A DNA stretch of 20,070 nucleotides from an uncultured bacterium (GCA_964534375.1 CAZHPN010000113.1:1-20070); one strand, 5' to 3'. Positions 8,979 through 17,322 are shown, counted from the stretch's first letter. Notes: generated by a model not told the origin, from the letters alone. Translations and numbers: made by a program.

Positions 8979-9131
8979 GTTCGATTTTGACGAGCAGCGG
9001 AAGCGCCCGTCGGCGGCGAGAACTGTGTCGAAGAACGCGGCGCAGCGTCGGCACGCGCGGCCCTTCGCCTGAGATTGTCCACCAGCGTACAGTCAACGTT
9101 CGCCGTTGTTCGCTCGTCGCCAAGGAGCAAC

Positions 9132-9575
9132 ATGCCCAATCTCCCGAATCGCCGGCAGCCTGAACGCCATCCCCGGATGGAGAGCCTCGACGAATCGATG
9201 AGCCGACCGGCGGTTCCATCCCGGTTGACGCCCAGCCTCACGTATGTGTACGACCTCGAGCGGCAACACAACACCTACTTCGCCGGATCGCTGCTTGAGC
9301 ACCTTGGATTTCCGCAGAACGCGTTGAACGCCATCGGCGCGGATTTTTTCCGTCTCTATGTCCATGAAGCCGACCGGGCGCGCCTCGCCGCCCACCACGA
9401 CGCCATGCGCTCGCAGCCGGACGACGGGATCTTGGAAATCGAATATCGGGTCCGGATCCCGTCGGGCGAATGGCGACGGCTAAAGAGTTGCGAGCGGCCG
9501 TTCACGCGTGATCGCAGCGGCCGTTGCGTGACGCAGATTCTCGGCGCGGCCAAAGAGATCGCCGATCGCAAGTAA
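9132..9575 (+). CDS. Stand-alone PAS (PAS_3/PAC-type) domain protein 1
   Basis: RBS AAGGAG before ATG 9132. YVYDL..Y...LG...VHEADR...EIEYRVRIPSGEWR...RD.SG...ILG...EI.RK is a PAS-PAC pattern. Stop follows immediately after PAC. Confidence 0.8.
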   Translation: MPNLPNRRQPERHPRMESLDESMSRPAVPSRLTPSLTYVYDLERQHNTYFAGSLLEHLGFPQNALNAIGADFFRLYVHEADRARLAAHHDAMRSQPDDGILEIEYRVRIPSGEWRRLKSCERPFTRDRSGRCVTQILGAAKEIADRK

Positions 9576-9840
9576 TCGGCCGTGCGGCGGGCAAGCGCGC
9601 CCCGTCCGGCGCCGCTGTCCTCGGCGCGGAAAAACATCGCCGCAATCCTGTTCCCGTGGGGCGCGGAGAGACGGCGCCGCGCCAAACTGGCGAGGCGGCG
9701 AGCCGAACGGGGCCAGGCGAAATCTCGACTCGCGGTAAAAAGGTAACGACGGATGGCGTTTTGCCCGACCTCGGCCGGCGAAGTATTATTTCGGGTCGTC
9801 GTAACCATTGGAAACTCCCTCAATTTCTTTTCGGCGCCGT

Positions 9841-9856
9841 TGGCCCCAAGTCTGCA
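9841..9856 (+). promoter_or_regulatory. Putative sigma54 promoter upstream of the TM peptide/PAS 2 genes
   Basis: TGGCCCCAAGTCTGCA = GG-N10-GC, preceded by an AT-richer tract at 9780-9832. Confidence 0.45.
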
Positions 9857-10009
9857 AGATACTTCTACAGACACGAACCGCGCCAGGAGGGCCAACAAAC
9901 CAAAATCGTTCGCAACCTTGAGCCCACAGCGAAGAATGACCGCGCAGGCAAGGCATCCCTTATCTGTCCGGCGCAGAGTCGCCGGCCGAGCGGCGCGAGG
10001 GGAACAACG

Positions 10010-10114
10010 ATGAGAGCCGTCCTGACGTCGAGCGCGAAATGGGTGTTGGCGGCAATGGTGCTGTTCTTGCCGACCGTCTTCATCGCCGCCACGATCGCCA
10101 AGGCCATGAAATGA
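10010..10114 (+). CDS. 34-aa single-TM small protein (possibly the frameshifted N-terminus of PAS 2)
   Basis: RBS GAGGGG. Sequence MRAVLTSSAKWVLAAMVLFLPTVFIAATIAKAMK has a 20-aa hydrophobic stretch. Confidence 0.5.
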   Translation: MRAVLTSSAKWVLAAMVLFLPTVFIAATIAKAMK

Positions 10115-10124
10115 GACGCCGGCC

Positions 10125-10571
10125 ATGTTAACGCCGATCCTTGCCTATGTGTACGATCTCAGCCGAGAGCATATCACCTATGTCGCGGGTTCGTTGTTCG
10201 AGCACCTCGGGTTCCCCCCACGAGCGTTGGGCGCAATTGGCCGAGATTTTTTCCGACTCCTTGTTCATCAGGCCGACCGCGCGCGACTCGCCGCCCACCA
10301 GGAAGCCATGCGTTCGCAAACCGACGATGCGATTTTGGAAATCGAATACCGGATACGAATTCCGTCGGGCGAATGGCGATGGCTGAAGAGTCGCGATCGA
10401 CCGTTCGCCCGCGATCGCAGCGGCCGTTGCGTGACGCAGATTCTGGGCATCGTCCACGAGATCGCGGACCGCTCGGGAGACGGCGCGCCTCGCGAAAACG
10501 CGGAAACGCCGCCGGAAACGCATGCGCCGCGCGGAGCGGTGGCGCTGGCGAGCGAACCCCGCACGCCCTGA
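10125..10571 (+). CDS. Stand-alone PAS domain protein 2 (paralog of 9132-9575)
   Basis: About three quarters identical by eye to PAS 1 over ~115 aa (GS(L/F)EHLGFP, ADRARLAAH, ILEIEYR.RIPSGEWR, RDRSGRCVTQILG). Weak RBS, so the start is uncertain. Confidence 0.8.
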   Translation: MLTPILAYVYDLSREHITYVAGSLFEHLGFPPRALGAIGRDFFRLLVHQADRARLAAHQEAMRSQTDDAILEIEYRIRIPSGEWRWLKSRDRPFARDRSGRCVTQILGIVHEIADRSGDGAPRENAETPPETHAPRGAVALASEPRTP

Positions 10572-10634
10572 TCGCCAAGTTGTCGAAATGAACTGCCGGA
10601 CTTGTTTTCCTTTGCCTGCTCCTTTCTCTGACCC

Positions 10635-10663
10635 TTGGCCGGCGCGCCGTCTCCGCATACTAT
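10635..10663 (+). promoter_or_regulatory. Putative sigma70 promoter producing a leaderless mRNA
   Basis: TTGGCC (10635-10640) - 17 bp - TACTAT (10658-10663) - 7 nt - ATG 10671. No SD sequence. Confidence 0.5.
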
Positions 10664-10670
10664 CGGTTTC

Positions 10671-12779
10671 ATGATGCCTGCCGTCCTCCGAGCCGCGCCG
10701 AAACCGGGCGATTTGTCCGCGCGCCGGGAGACGCTCGCCTGGCTGGCCCTGGCGGCGGCAGGGCTGGCGCTGTTCGCGCATCGCGCCTGCTTTCATCCGT
10801 ACCATTTGGAAGAAATGGCCGACGGCAACGCGGCGCGCGCCCTCGTGGAGGGCCTGTTTGCGCCGGTCTGGTCGTATCAGTATCGAGAATTCGCCCACGG
10901 CCCGCTGGTGTATGGGCTCCTGCTGACGCCCTTCTTCTATCTCGGCGGTTCGCGAATCCTGTGGACGAAAATCATCGCCGCCTGCTTCGCCGCGGGCGGC
11001 TTGTATTTCTGGACCGCCGCCATTCGGCGCGCGTGGGGTTTTGCCGCCGCCGCGTCATTCTGCGTCATGTGCTTGGCCGGGCTGCCGTTCGTCGAACGGC
11101 AACTGCACACGGCGTTCGGCAATCATATGGAAAGCTGCTTCTTCATGGGCGCGATGATTGCCTGGTTTGCGCGGCCCGACCGGACGTCGCCCGGCGCATG
11201 GCCGATCGCCGGCATTGGCTTGTTCGCCGGATTCGCCGGGTTTTTCTGCTCGCAGAATCTGGTGATGACCGGCGCGTTGGCCCTCTGCTGCGGCTGGCGG
11301 TGGGGACGTCCGGTGCTGCGTCCGCTGGTCTTCGCCGGCGCCCCCGGCTTTCTTTTGGGATATTCGCCGCACTGGCTGTCGCCATATCGAATGGGATTGG
11401 TGAGCTGGCGCGGACTGGCCGAAAATCAACCGCTGGCGTGCTGGCGCAACTTCTTGGCGGTGCTCTTGCCGCACGTGGCCGGATTCGCGCAACGGGGCTT
11501 CTCGCAAGCCTTTTTCGGTTTGGCCGCGGCCGGATTGGTCGCTGTCGCCGTCCGGGAGTTCGCCGCCCGCCGCAAAAACGACGACGGCGTGGAAAAGCCG
11601 ATCTGGTTGGTGCGGCTGTTGGCGGTCTATATGTTGATGTTCTGCCTGGCCTTCCCGCTGGTCGCCTTCGTTTGGCAATCCGACCATCACGTGTCGGATC
11701 GCTATGCCCTGCCGTTCTTCTACGCTTTGACCGCCTTTCTCTGTTTCGCCTTGTCGCTGACGCCCAAAAAAATCGGCGTCGTGTTGCTGGCGCCGTTCCT
11801 GGCGGCCGCCCTCACCGGTTTTTGTGAGGCGCAGCCGCCGACGGCGCAGGTCGATCGCGACGGTTGGCGCACGCTCTGGAACACGCGGGGCGACAATTAC
11901 ACCTGGCTGTGGCTCGACCGGTCGAATCCCGACTGGCCGGCCGGGAAATCGGAACCGCCGGCGGGCCTCGCCCGGATGCCGGCTTCGTGGCAACTCGAGG
12001 GCTACCGGCTCATCTGGCGATTTCTCGACAGCGAAACGACGGCCGACGATCTGGCGGCCTATCCGGCGTGGGCCGCGGGTTGGCGGACCATCGTCGCGCG
12101 TGCGGCCGGCGAGCGCGCGCACTGCGCCCACGACCACGGGGACGCGGCGGCGGACGACCGACGGCAGGCGAGTTGCCGCCGGGCGATCGCCACGCTGCTG
12201 GCCGCCGACCGTAATCTGGCGGCGAACTTTGTGGAAGGCGTCGGCTGGAGCTTTGTCAGCGACTTCGAAGAGCGCGACGTCAGGCAGGAGAAATTTCCCG
12301 CCTTGCGGCGGTTGGACGAGGAAGCCGCGACGCGCCGAGCGGTCGATTCGTCCTGTGCGGCGCGTTTTCTGCGCGCCGCGTCGGCCGACGACGTGCGCCT
12401 CGTCTGGGCGTTTTTTCACGGCGTCGGACGTTCGATGGGCGGACGCGAAAGAAACTATCTTCAGAGCGATGAAAATCCGGTGAGTCGACCCAAGTTCGCC
12501 GCCGAGGGCTTCTCGGCGGATGCGCAACGGGCCTTCGACGAAGGCGCTGCCGAAGGCCAGGCCGACTACCTCATCGCCAACGTGCGGGGCTTTTACGCCA
12601 ATCCTCGGTTGCTGCCCGTGCCGCTGATTGCGAAGCGGCTGGCGCAGCGCTGCATCCGCCTGCGGACCTCGCCCGATCGCCCCGGCTTTTACGCGTTGGA
12701 AGAGGTCAAGGGCCTGAGCCCGGCGGTCGACCTGACCGCGACCGATCGCGTGAACTGCGCGACCGGAATCGCGTATTGA
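10671..12779 (+). CDS. Polytopic membrane protein, GT-C (ArnT/PMT_2-like) glycosyltransferase with C-terminal extracytoplasmic domain
   Basis: Acidic EEMADG in the loop after TM1, HGPLVYGLL..PFF.LGG motif, many TM segments in the first ~385 aa, DRYALP motif near the last TMs, soluble ~300-aa C-terminus. Confidence 0.6.
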   Translation: MMPAVLRAAPKPGDLSARRETLAWLALAAAGLALFAHRACFHPYHLEEMADGNAARALVEGLFAPVWSYQYREFAHGPLVYGLLLTPFFYLGGSRILWTKIIAACFAAGGLYFWTAAIRRAWGFAAAASFCVMCLAGLPFVERQLHTAFGNHMESCFFMGAMIAWFARPDRTSPGAWPIAGIGLFAGFAGFFCSQNLVMTGALALCCGWRWGRPVLRPLVFAGAPGFLLGYSPHWLSPYRMGLVSWRGLAENQPLACWRNFLAVLLPHVAGFAQRGFSQAFFGLAAAGLVAVAVREFAARRKNDDGVEKPIWLVRLLAVYMLMFCLAFPLVAFVWQSDHHVSDRYALPFFYALTAFLCFALSLTPKKIGVVLLAPFLAAALTGFCEAQPPTAQVDRDGWRTLWNTRGDNYTWLWLDRSNPDWPAGKSEPPAGLARMPASWQLEGYRLIWRFLDSETTADDLAAYPAWAAGWRTIVARAAGERAHCAHDHGDAAADDRRQASCRRAIATLLAADRNLAANFVEGVGWSFVSDFEERDVRQEKFPALRRLDEEAATRRAVDSSCAARFLRAASADDVRLVWAFFHGVGRSMGGRERNYLQSDENPVSRPKFAAEGFSADAQRAFDEGAAEGQADYLIANVRGFYANPRLLPVPLIAKRLAQRCIRLRTSPDRPGFYALEEVKGLSPAVDLTATDRVNCATGIAY

Positions 12780-12876
12780 GCTGTCGCCCGGCCGGCAAGA
12801 AAAACGGGCGCGTCGCGGCGGGCGTCGGCAGGGCCAAGAACAGGGCAAGGGCGATCAAGGCGCGGTTTCGTTTATT

Positions 12877-12892
12877 GTAAAGAAGAGGTAAA
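12877..12892 (+). promoter_or_regulatory. CpxR-box-like direct repeat upstream of the response regulator
   Basis: GTAAA-gaagag-GTAAA (11-bp period), just upstream of TTGAGC-17-TATCTC (12898-12926). Confidence 0.5.
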
Positions 12893-12977
12893 AAACATTG
12901 AGCGCGGCGACCGTTCGCGGTATCTCCGGGTTGAAACCGTTACGGCGTTGCGCCGCGCGACGCCACGAGGCGCGAAT

Positions 12978-13709
12978 ATGACCAGCGAACAAACCGCGCC
13001 GGCCAATCGGATTTTGCTCATCGACGACGACCGGAAGTTCTGCCAACTCGTGCAGGAATACCTCGCGCCGATGGGCTACGACGTTGCGTGCGCCTACGCG
13101 GGGCCGAGCGGCCTGGAGATGGTGAAGGCCGGCGGCTTTCAGGCCGTCATCCTCGACGTCATGCTGCCGGGCATGGACGGCTTCGAGGTGCTCAAGCGGC
13201 TGCGGCGCGAATCCGACGTGCCGGTGCTGATGCTCACCTCGCGCGGCGACGAGGTCGATCGCATCATCGGACTGGAAATCGGCGCCGACGATTACCTGCC
13301 GAAAACCTTTTCCACACGCGAATTGCTCGCCCGGCTGCGGGCCGTTGTCCGCCGCGCCCAGCAATCCGGCAAGCCGGCCGCGCCCGCGCCCGAAACGCCG
13401 ATCGTCGTCGGCGACCTGCGCGTCGAGCCGGCGGCGCGCGCCGCGTGGCTCGCCGAGACGCCGCTGCCGCTGACGCCGATCGAGTTCGACATCCTGCTCT
13501 GCCTGGCGCGCGCGCCGGGCCGCGTGCTGTCGCGCGATCGCCTGCTCGATGCGGCGGCGGGCCGCGATTACGAGGTCTTCGACCGCTCGATCGACGTGCA
13601 CGTGTCGTCGTTGCGGCGCAAACTCGGCGACGATCCCAAAGCGCCGCGCTTCATCAAAACCGTCCGCGCGGCCGGCTATATGTTTCTCGACGGCGCGGCG
13701 GCGCGATGA
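12978..13709 (+). CDS. OmpR/PhoB-family response regulator (CpxR-like)
   Basis: ILLIDDD, LDVMLPGMDG, MLTSRG, GLEIGADDYLPK receiver motifs. wHTH motifs LTPIEFDIL, DRSIDVHVSSLRRKL, IKTVR..GY. GAGG before ATG 12978. Confidence 0.95.
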   Translation: MTSEQTAPANRILLIDDDRKFCQLVQEYLAPMGYDVACAYAGPSGLEMVKAGGFQAVILDVMLPGMDGFEVLKRLRRESDVPVLMLTSRGDEVDRIIGLEIGADDYLPKTFSTRELLARLRAVVRRAQQSGKPAAPAPETPIVVGDLRVEPAARAAWLAETPLPLTPIEFDILLCLARAPGRVLSRDRLLDAAAGRDYEVFDRSIDVHVSSLRRKLGDDPKAPRFIKTVRAAGYMFLDGAAAR

Positions 13710-15229
13710 AAGCGCCGGGCTCGCTGTTCGTCAAAATCCTTCTCTGGTTTTTTCTCAGCCTGCTCGTGCTCGGTTTGTTCCTCTTCGGCATCTTCAATTT
13801 GCAATTTCGCCTCGGCCCGGACTCGCCGCTCGGCGGCCTCTTCGGCGACCGCATGGCGGCGGTGAGCAATCAGATCGCACGCGCGCTCAACGACTCGCCC
13901 CGCGAAAATTGGGACGACATCCTCGACCGCTTTTCCGCCGCCTGGGGCGTCGACTTTGTGGCCCTGCCGCCGCGCGGCCCCAAGCTGGCGGGCAAAGATC
14001 TGGCGCTGCCGGCGCAGGTCGTCGCCCAACTGGCCGCCGGCGAAGGCGAGGCCGCGGCCCCGCCGCGGCCGCCCGACGCCCAGCGCCCGCCGGCGCCGCC
14101 GGACGGCCCGCCGCGGCCCGATCGCCCGCAGGGCTTCGCCCCCAATCCGCTGCTCCAGGCCGGTGCGCCGGCGCCGGCGCCGTATCGGCCGCCGCGGGCC
14201 AGCTTTTTGATCCGCACCGCCGCGCCGACGCGCTTCTGGGCCGGCGCGCCGATTCTGCTGGTGGTCGAGCCCGGCCGGCCGCCGGCGCCCGCGATGCTGC
14301 TCGCCGTTTCCGCTTCGATGACCGGCCACGGCCTGTTTTTCAGCCCGACGCCCTGGCTGTTGCTCGCGGCGATCGTCGTTTTTCTCGCGGCGCTGCTGTG
14401 GCTGCCGCTCGTGCGCAGCATCACGCGGCCGTTGTCGCATGCGGCGGCGGCGGCGCAAGACATCGCCCGCGGCCGCTTCGACGTGCGCCTCGACGACCGG
14501 CGCTCCGACGAGATCGGCCGGCTCGGCCGGTCGATCAACGAAATGGCGGCGCGGCTCGACGGCTACGTGAAAGGGCAGAAGCGTTTTCTCGGCGACGTCG
14601 CCCACGAACTCGCGTCGCCGATCGCGCGGATGCAGCTCGGCCTGGGCATCCTCGAGCAGCGGACCGACGACAAGAGCCGCGAGCGCCTGCTGGACGTCAT
14701 CCAGGAAGCGCAGCAAATGTCGAACCTGGTCAACGAGCTGCTGTCGTTCTCCCGCGCCGAGGTCAATCCCGCGAAAGTGCGGCTGGAGCGGACGCCGGCG
14801 CTGCCGATCATTCGGCGAGCGCTCGACCGCGAACGCGCCGCCGGCGTCGAATTCCGCGTCGACGCCGACGAGCGGCTCGACATCGTCGCCGATCCCGAGT
14901 TGCTCGTGCGGGCGCTGGCCAATCTGCTGCGCAACGCCGTGCGTTACGCGGGGCAGGCCGGGCCGATCGTCGTCTCGGCCCAACGCGACGGCGCCGCGGC
15001 CCAGTTCGAGGTGCGCGACGCCGGCCCGGGCGTCCCCGAGGAATTTCTCGCCCGGCTGTTCGAGCCTTTTTATCGGCCGGACCAATCGCGCGGCCGCGAA
15101 ACCGGCGGCGTCGGCCTCGGCCTGGCGATCGTCAAAACGTGCGTCCAAGCCTGCCACGGCGCCGTGCGCGCCCGCAACCTGAGCCCCGCCGGGTTTTCCG
15201 TCGTTATCACAATTCCCGCCGCGGATTGA
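13706..15229 (+). CDS. Sensor histidine kinase (2 TM, HAMP, HisKA, HATPase; CpxA-like) with Pro-rich periplasmic region
   Basis: ATGA overlap with the RR stop. HAMP (DEIGRLGRSINEMA), H box (DVAHELASP), N box (NLLRNAVRY), G1 (DAGPG), F (FEPFYR), G2 (GVGLGL). Confidence 0.95.
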   Translation: MKAPGSLFVKILLWFFLSLLVLGLFLFGIFNLQFRLGPDSPLGGLFGDRMAAVSNQIARALNDSPRENWDDILDRFSAAWGVDFVALPPRGPKLAGKDLALPAQVVAQLAAGEGEAAAPPRPPDAQRPPAPPDGPPRPDRPQGFAPNPLLQAGAPAPAPYRPPRASFLIRTAAPTRFWAGAPILLVVEPGRPPAPAMLLAVSASMTGHGLFFSPTPWLLLAAIVVFLAALLWLPLVRSITRPLSHAAAAAQDIARGRFDVRLDDRRSDEIGRLGRSINEMAARLDGYVKGQKRFLGDVAHELASPIARMQLGLGILEQRTDDKSRERLLDVIQEAQQMSNLVNELLSFSRAEVNPAKVRLERTPALPIIRRALDRERAAGVEFRVDADERLDIVADPELLVRALANLLRNAVRYAGQAGPIVVSAQRDGAAAQFEVRDAGPGVPEEFLARLFEPFYRPDQSRGRETGGVGLGLAIVKTCVQACHGAVRARNLSPAGFSVVITIPAAD

Positions 15230-15290
15230 GGCGCGGCCGCCGCGACCGGCCGACGGCAGTTGGCGCCGCTCCGGCGCCGCCGGCGCTCTG

Positions 15291-15408
15291 TGGGAATTAT
15301 GGGAAGCATGGGATGTATGAGATGTTTGGGGGCTGCAGTTCGCGCTCAGTGGCGCCCATGGTTCCCATGACTCCCATGACTCCCATAATTCCCAGACATC
15401 CCATGGCA
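15291..15408. repeat. Inverted pair of 9-nt tandem repeat arrays (TGGGANNNA / CCCATNNNT)
   Basis: Left arm: tgggaatta tgggaagca tgggatgta tgagatgtt tggg. Right arm: cccatggtt cccatgact cccatgact cccataatt cccagacat cccatggca. 15291-15304 pairs perfectly with 15381-15394. Confidence 0.85.
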
Positions 15409-15480
15409 GCTCTTCCGGCGCGCCCGATGACCGCCCTGTCTTGCATCCCGCTCGCTACGACTTACGTAGCCGCCAAGAAC

Positions 15481-15501
15481 CCGGGCCCGCGAAAGGCCCG
15501 G
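15481..15501 (-). terminator. Possible terminator hairpin after the 15545 gene
   Basis: CCGGGCC-7 nt-GGCCCGG followed on the minus strand by GTTCTT, a weak U tract. Confidence 0.35.
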
Positions 15502-15544
15502 CGCCGGATTGCCCTGGCCGCAGGCAACAAGCCGCGGTCATATA

Positions 15545-16774
15545 CTAATAACCATAGTGATAAATGATGGAGTCCCACGTGTCGCCATGGCCATATTGGC
15601 CCACGGCGAACACGTCCGAAGGCGAATTTCCCCACATGCCTCTGAACTGAGGGGTCGAGGCGTACCCGTAATCAAATTGCCCCGGCGGCGACGGCACAGC
15701 CATCGCCGACCATGTGGAACCGTCGTAGTGCCAGATCGAATCGTAATCGTCCCTTGATGCAGGGGTTCCCATGGCGGCGGAACGCGGACGCGTCGGCGAT
15801 TCGCCGCTCATCGACGACCAGGACGATCCGTCGTAGTGCAAGATCCCGCTGGGGTCGCCGATGCTGAACACGTCGGAGGATGAGCTTCCCCAAAGGCCCG
15901 AACCGTCGGAAGCAAGAACATCGGAGGAAGAGCTTCCCCAAACGGCGGAAAGAGGCCACGCTGGCTCATTCGGTATGGTCATCGCCGACCAGGAGGAACC
16001 GTCGTAGTGCCAGATGCACGGTATGTCATTATCGCCGCCACCCGCAGCAAACACATCCGCGGCCGAACTTCCCCAAATCGCCCAAACACCACACGTCTGC
16101 GGCGCATCCGGCATCGCCGACCACGAGGAACCGTCGTAATGGTAGATGCACAGAGCGTCGCCGCAAGAGCCCGCGGCAAACACATCCGTGGCCGAGCTTC
16201 CCCAAATGGCGATGAACCCGGCCGTCGCCGGTATACCCGGCACCGCCGACCACGAGGAACCGTCAAAATGCACAAAAACCGTCACGTTGCCCCCTCCCCA
16301 AAGCGCGCCCGCGGCGTACACGTCGGTGGCCGAGCTTCCCCAAATCGTTCCGAACACATCCGTCGACGGCACACCCGGCGCCGGCGCCCAGGAAACACCG
16401 TCATAACGCAAAAACAGTCCGGATCCCGGACAGATTCCCCCGGCGAGCACGTCGGAGGGCGAGCTTCCCCAAACGCTGTAAAACGTTCCGGGCAACCCAG
16501 TCCGCATGACCGACCAGTGCGGCGCGCTGTCGTCGTCATCGTCATCGGCCGGCGGAGAAACGTCGTCGTCATTATCATCGTCGTCGTTGTCGTCGTCATC
16601 GCTCGGCGACGAATCGTCGTCGTTCAAGTGATCGACGCTGCCGGTGCCGGAGCCGCCGCAGGCGATGGCGCACGCGAGCAGCGCCAGCGCCAAGAAAGGC
16701 AACAAGAAACGGGGTCGGTTTCTTGTTTTCGGGAAAATGACGAACAGGCGACGCCGTTTAAATCCAAGGCTCAT
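15545..16774 (-). CDS. Lipoprotein: poly-Asp linker + beta-propeller repeats (409 aa; two repeats degenerate)
   Basis: RBS GGGGAGGA before ATG 16774, lipobox-like ACAIA-C, linker DDDSSPSDDDDNDDDDNDDDVSPPADDDDDDS, then WGSS.SDV/HYDG repeats. Confidence 0.85.
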   Translation of the reverse strand: MSLGFKRRRLFVIFPKTRNRPRFLLPFLALALLACAIACGGSGTGSVDHLNDDDSSPSDDDDNDDDDNDDDVSPPADDDDDDSAPHWSVMRTGLPGTFYSVWGSSPSDVLAGGICPGSGLFLRYDGVSWAPAPGVPSTDVFGTIWGSSATDVYAAGALWGGGNVTVFVHFDGSSWSAVPGIPATAGFIAIWGSSATDVFAAGSCGDALCIYHYDGSSWSAMPDAPQTCGVWAIWGSSAADVFAAGGGDNDIPCIWHYDGSSWSAMTIPNEPAWPLSAVWGSSSSDVLASDGSGLWGSSSSDVFSIGDPSGILHYDGSSWSSMSGESPTRPRSAAMGTPASRDDYDSIWHYDGSTWSAMAVPSPPGQFDYGYASTPQFRGMWGNSPSDVFAVGQYGHGDTWDSIIYHYGY

Positions 16775-16800
16775 TGCTCGATCCTCCCCGGCCCGTGCCA

Positions 16801-16962
16801 TTATTTAGGTGCGTAGTGCACAATCGTGCCGCCCTCGCCGACAACGAAGACGTCCGAGGAGGAACTTCCCCAAACGCCTCTCAACTCTTGCGGTATCCCG
16901 GTGAGCCCCGCCGGCGACCACGAGGCGCCGTTGTAATGCAGAATCACATCCGTGCGGCTGTC
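16801..16962 (-). pseudogene. 3' remnant of another beta-propeller gene (last ~1.5 blades)
   Basis: DSRTDVILHYNGASWSPAGLTGIPQELRGVWGSSSSDVFVVGEGGTIVHYAPK*. It begins abruptly at the left inverted repeat of the RAYT remnant, with no start or signal peptide. Confidence 0.8.
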
Positions 16963-17322
16963 GGAAACTAGGGACAGCCACCGGTTTTCGTCCTTTTTCC
17001 GTGGCCGGCCTTCGGGAAGCGGGCGCAGCCGGCGATTCATGGCGGGCTCCAACAATGGCTGCGAAACGAGCGCTGCCCGCCGGACGGCCGCGGTTCGTGT
17101 GCAGGCGAGGATCGCTCAGCGCTTCGCGGTCTTCCTCGGCCAACGCCTTCAAGCGGAGGCGCCGGTCGTCGTCCGTGAAAAACACGTCTTGGCGATTGTT
17201 TCCCCGTTGCGTGATATGGCGCCGACAACCCGGGACGACCATGCGCGCAACACGTCGCATGCCCAACAAATAACAAAAACCATAAGGGCTGTTAAGAAAG
17301 CCCGTGACGGTCCCTAGTCTCC
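16963..17322 (-). mobile_element. Internally deleted, frameshifted RAYT (IS200-like Y1 HUH transposase) remnant bounded by 27-bp imperfect inverted repeats
   Basis: ATG 17260: MRRVARMVVPGCRRHITQRGNNRQDVFFTDDDR (RAYT N-terminus) is fused to RLHTNRGRPAGSARF, then after a frameshift RRLRPLPEGRPRK (RAYT C-terminus). The HUH/Tyr core is absent. IRs at 16963-16989 and 17296-17322 match at 22/27. Confidence 0.8.

Noticed and set aside
9867..10009. sigma54-driven CrcZ/Rsm-like sRNA (AGGAGG without start codon, AACAAACCAAAA tract)
   Set aside because: Only one GGA motif and one or two A-rich motifs, with no terminator. More simply a leader or decayed ORF start.
9524..10009. 196-aa ORF 9524-10114
   Set aside because: It overlaps PAS 1 and crosses a promoter-like region. 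Only the last 34 codons have an RBS and protein-like composition.
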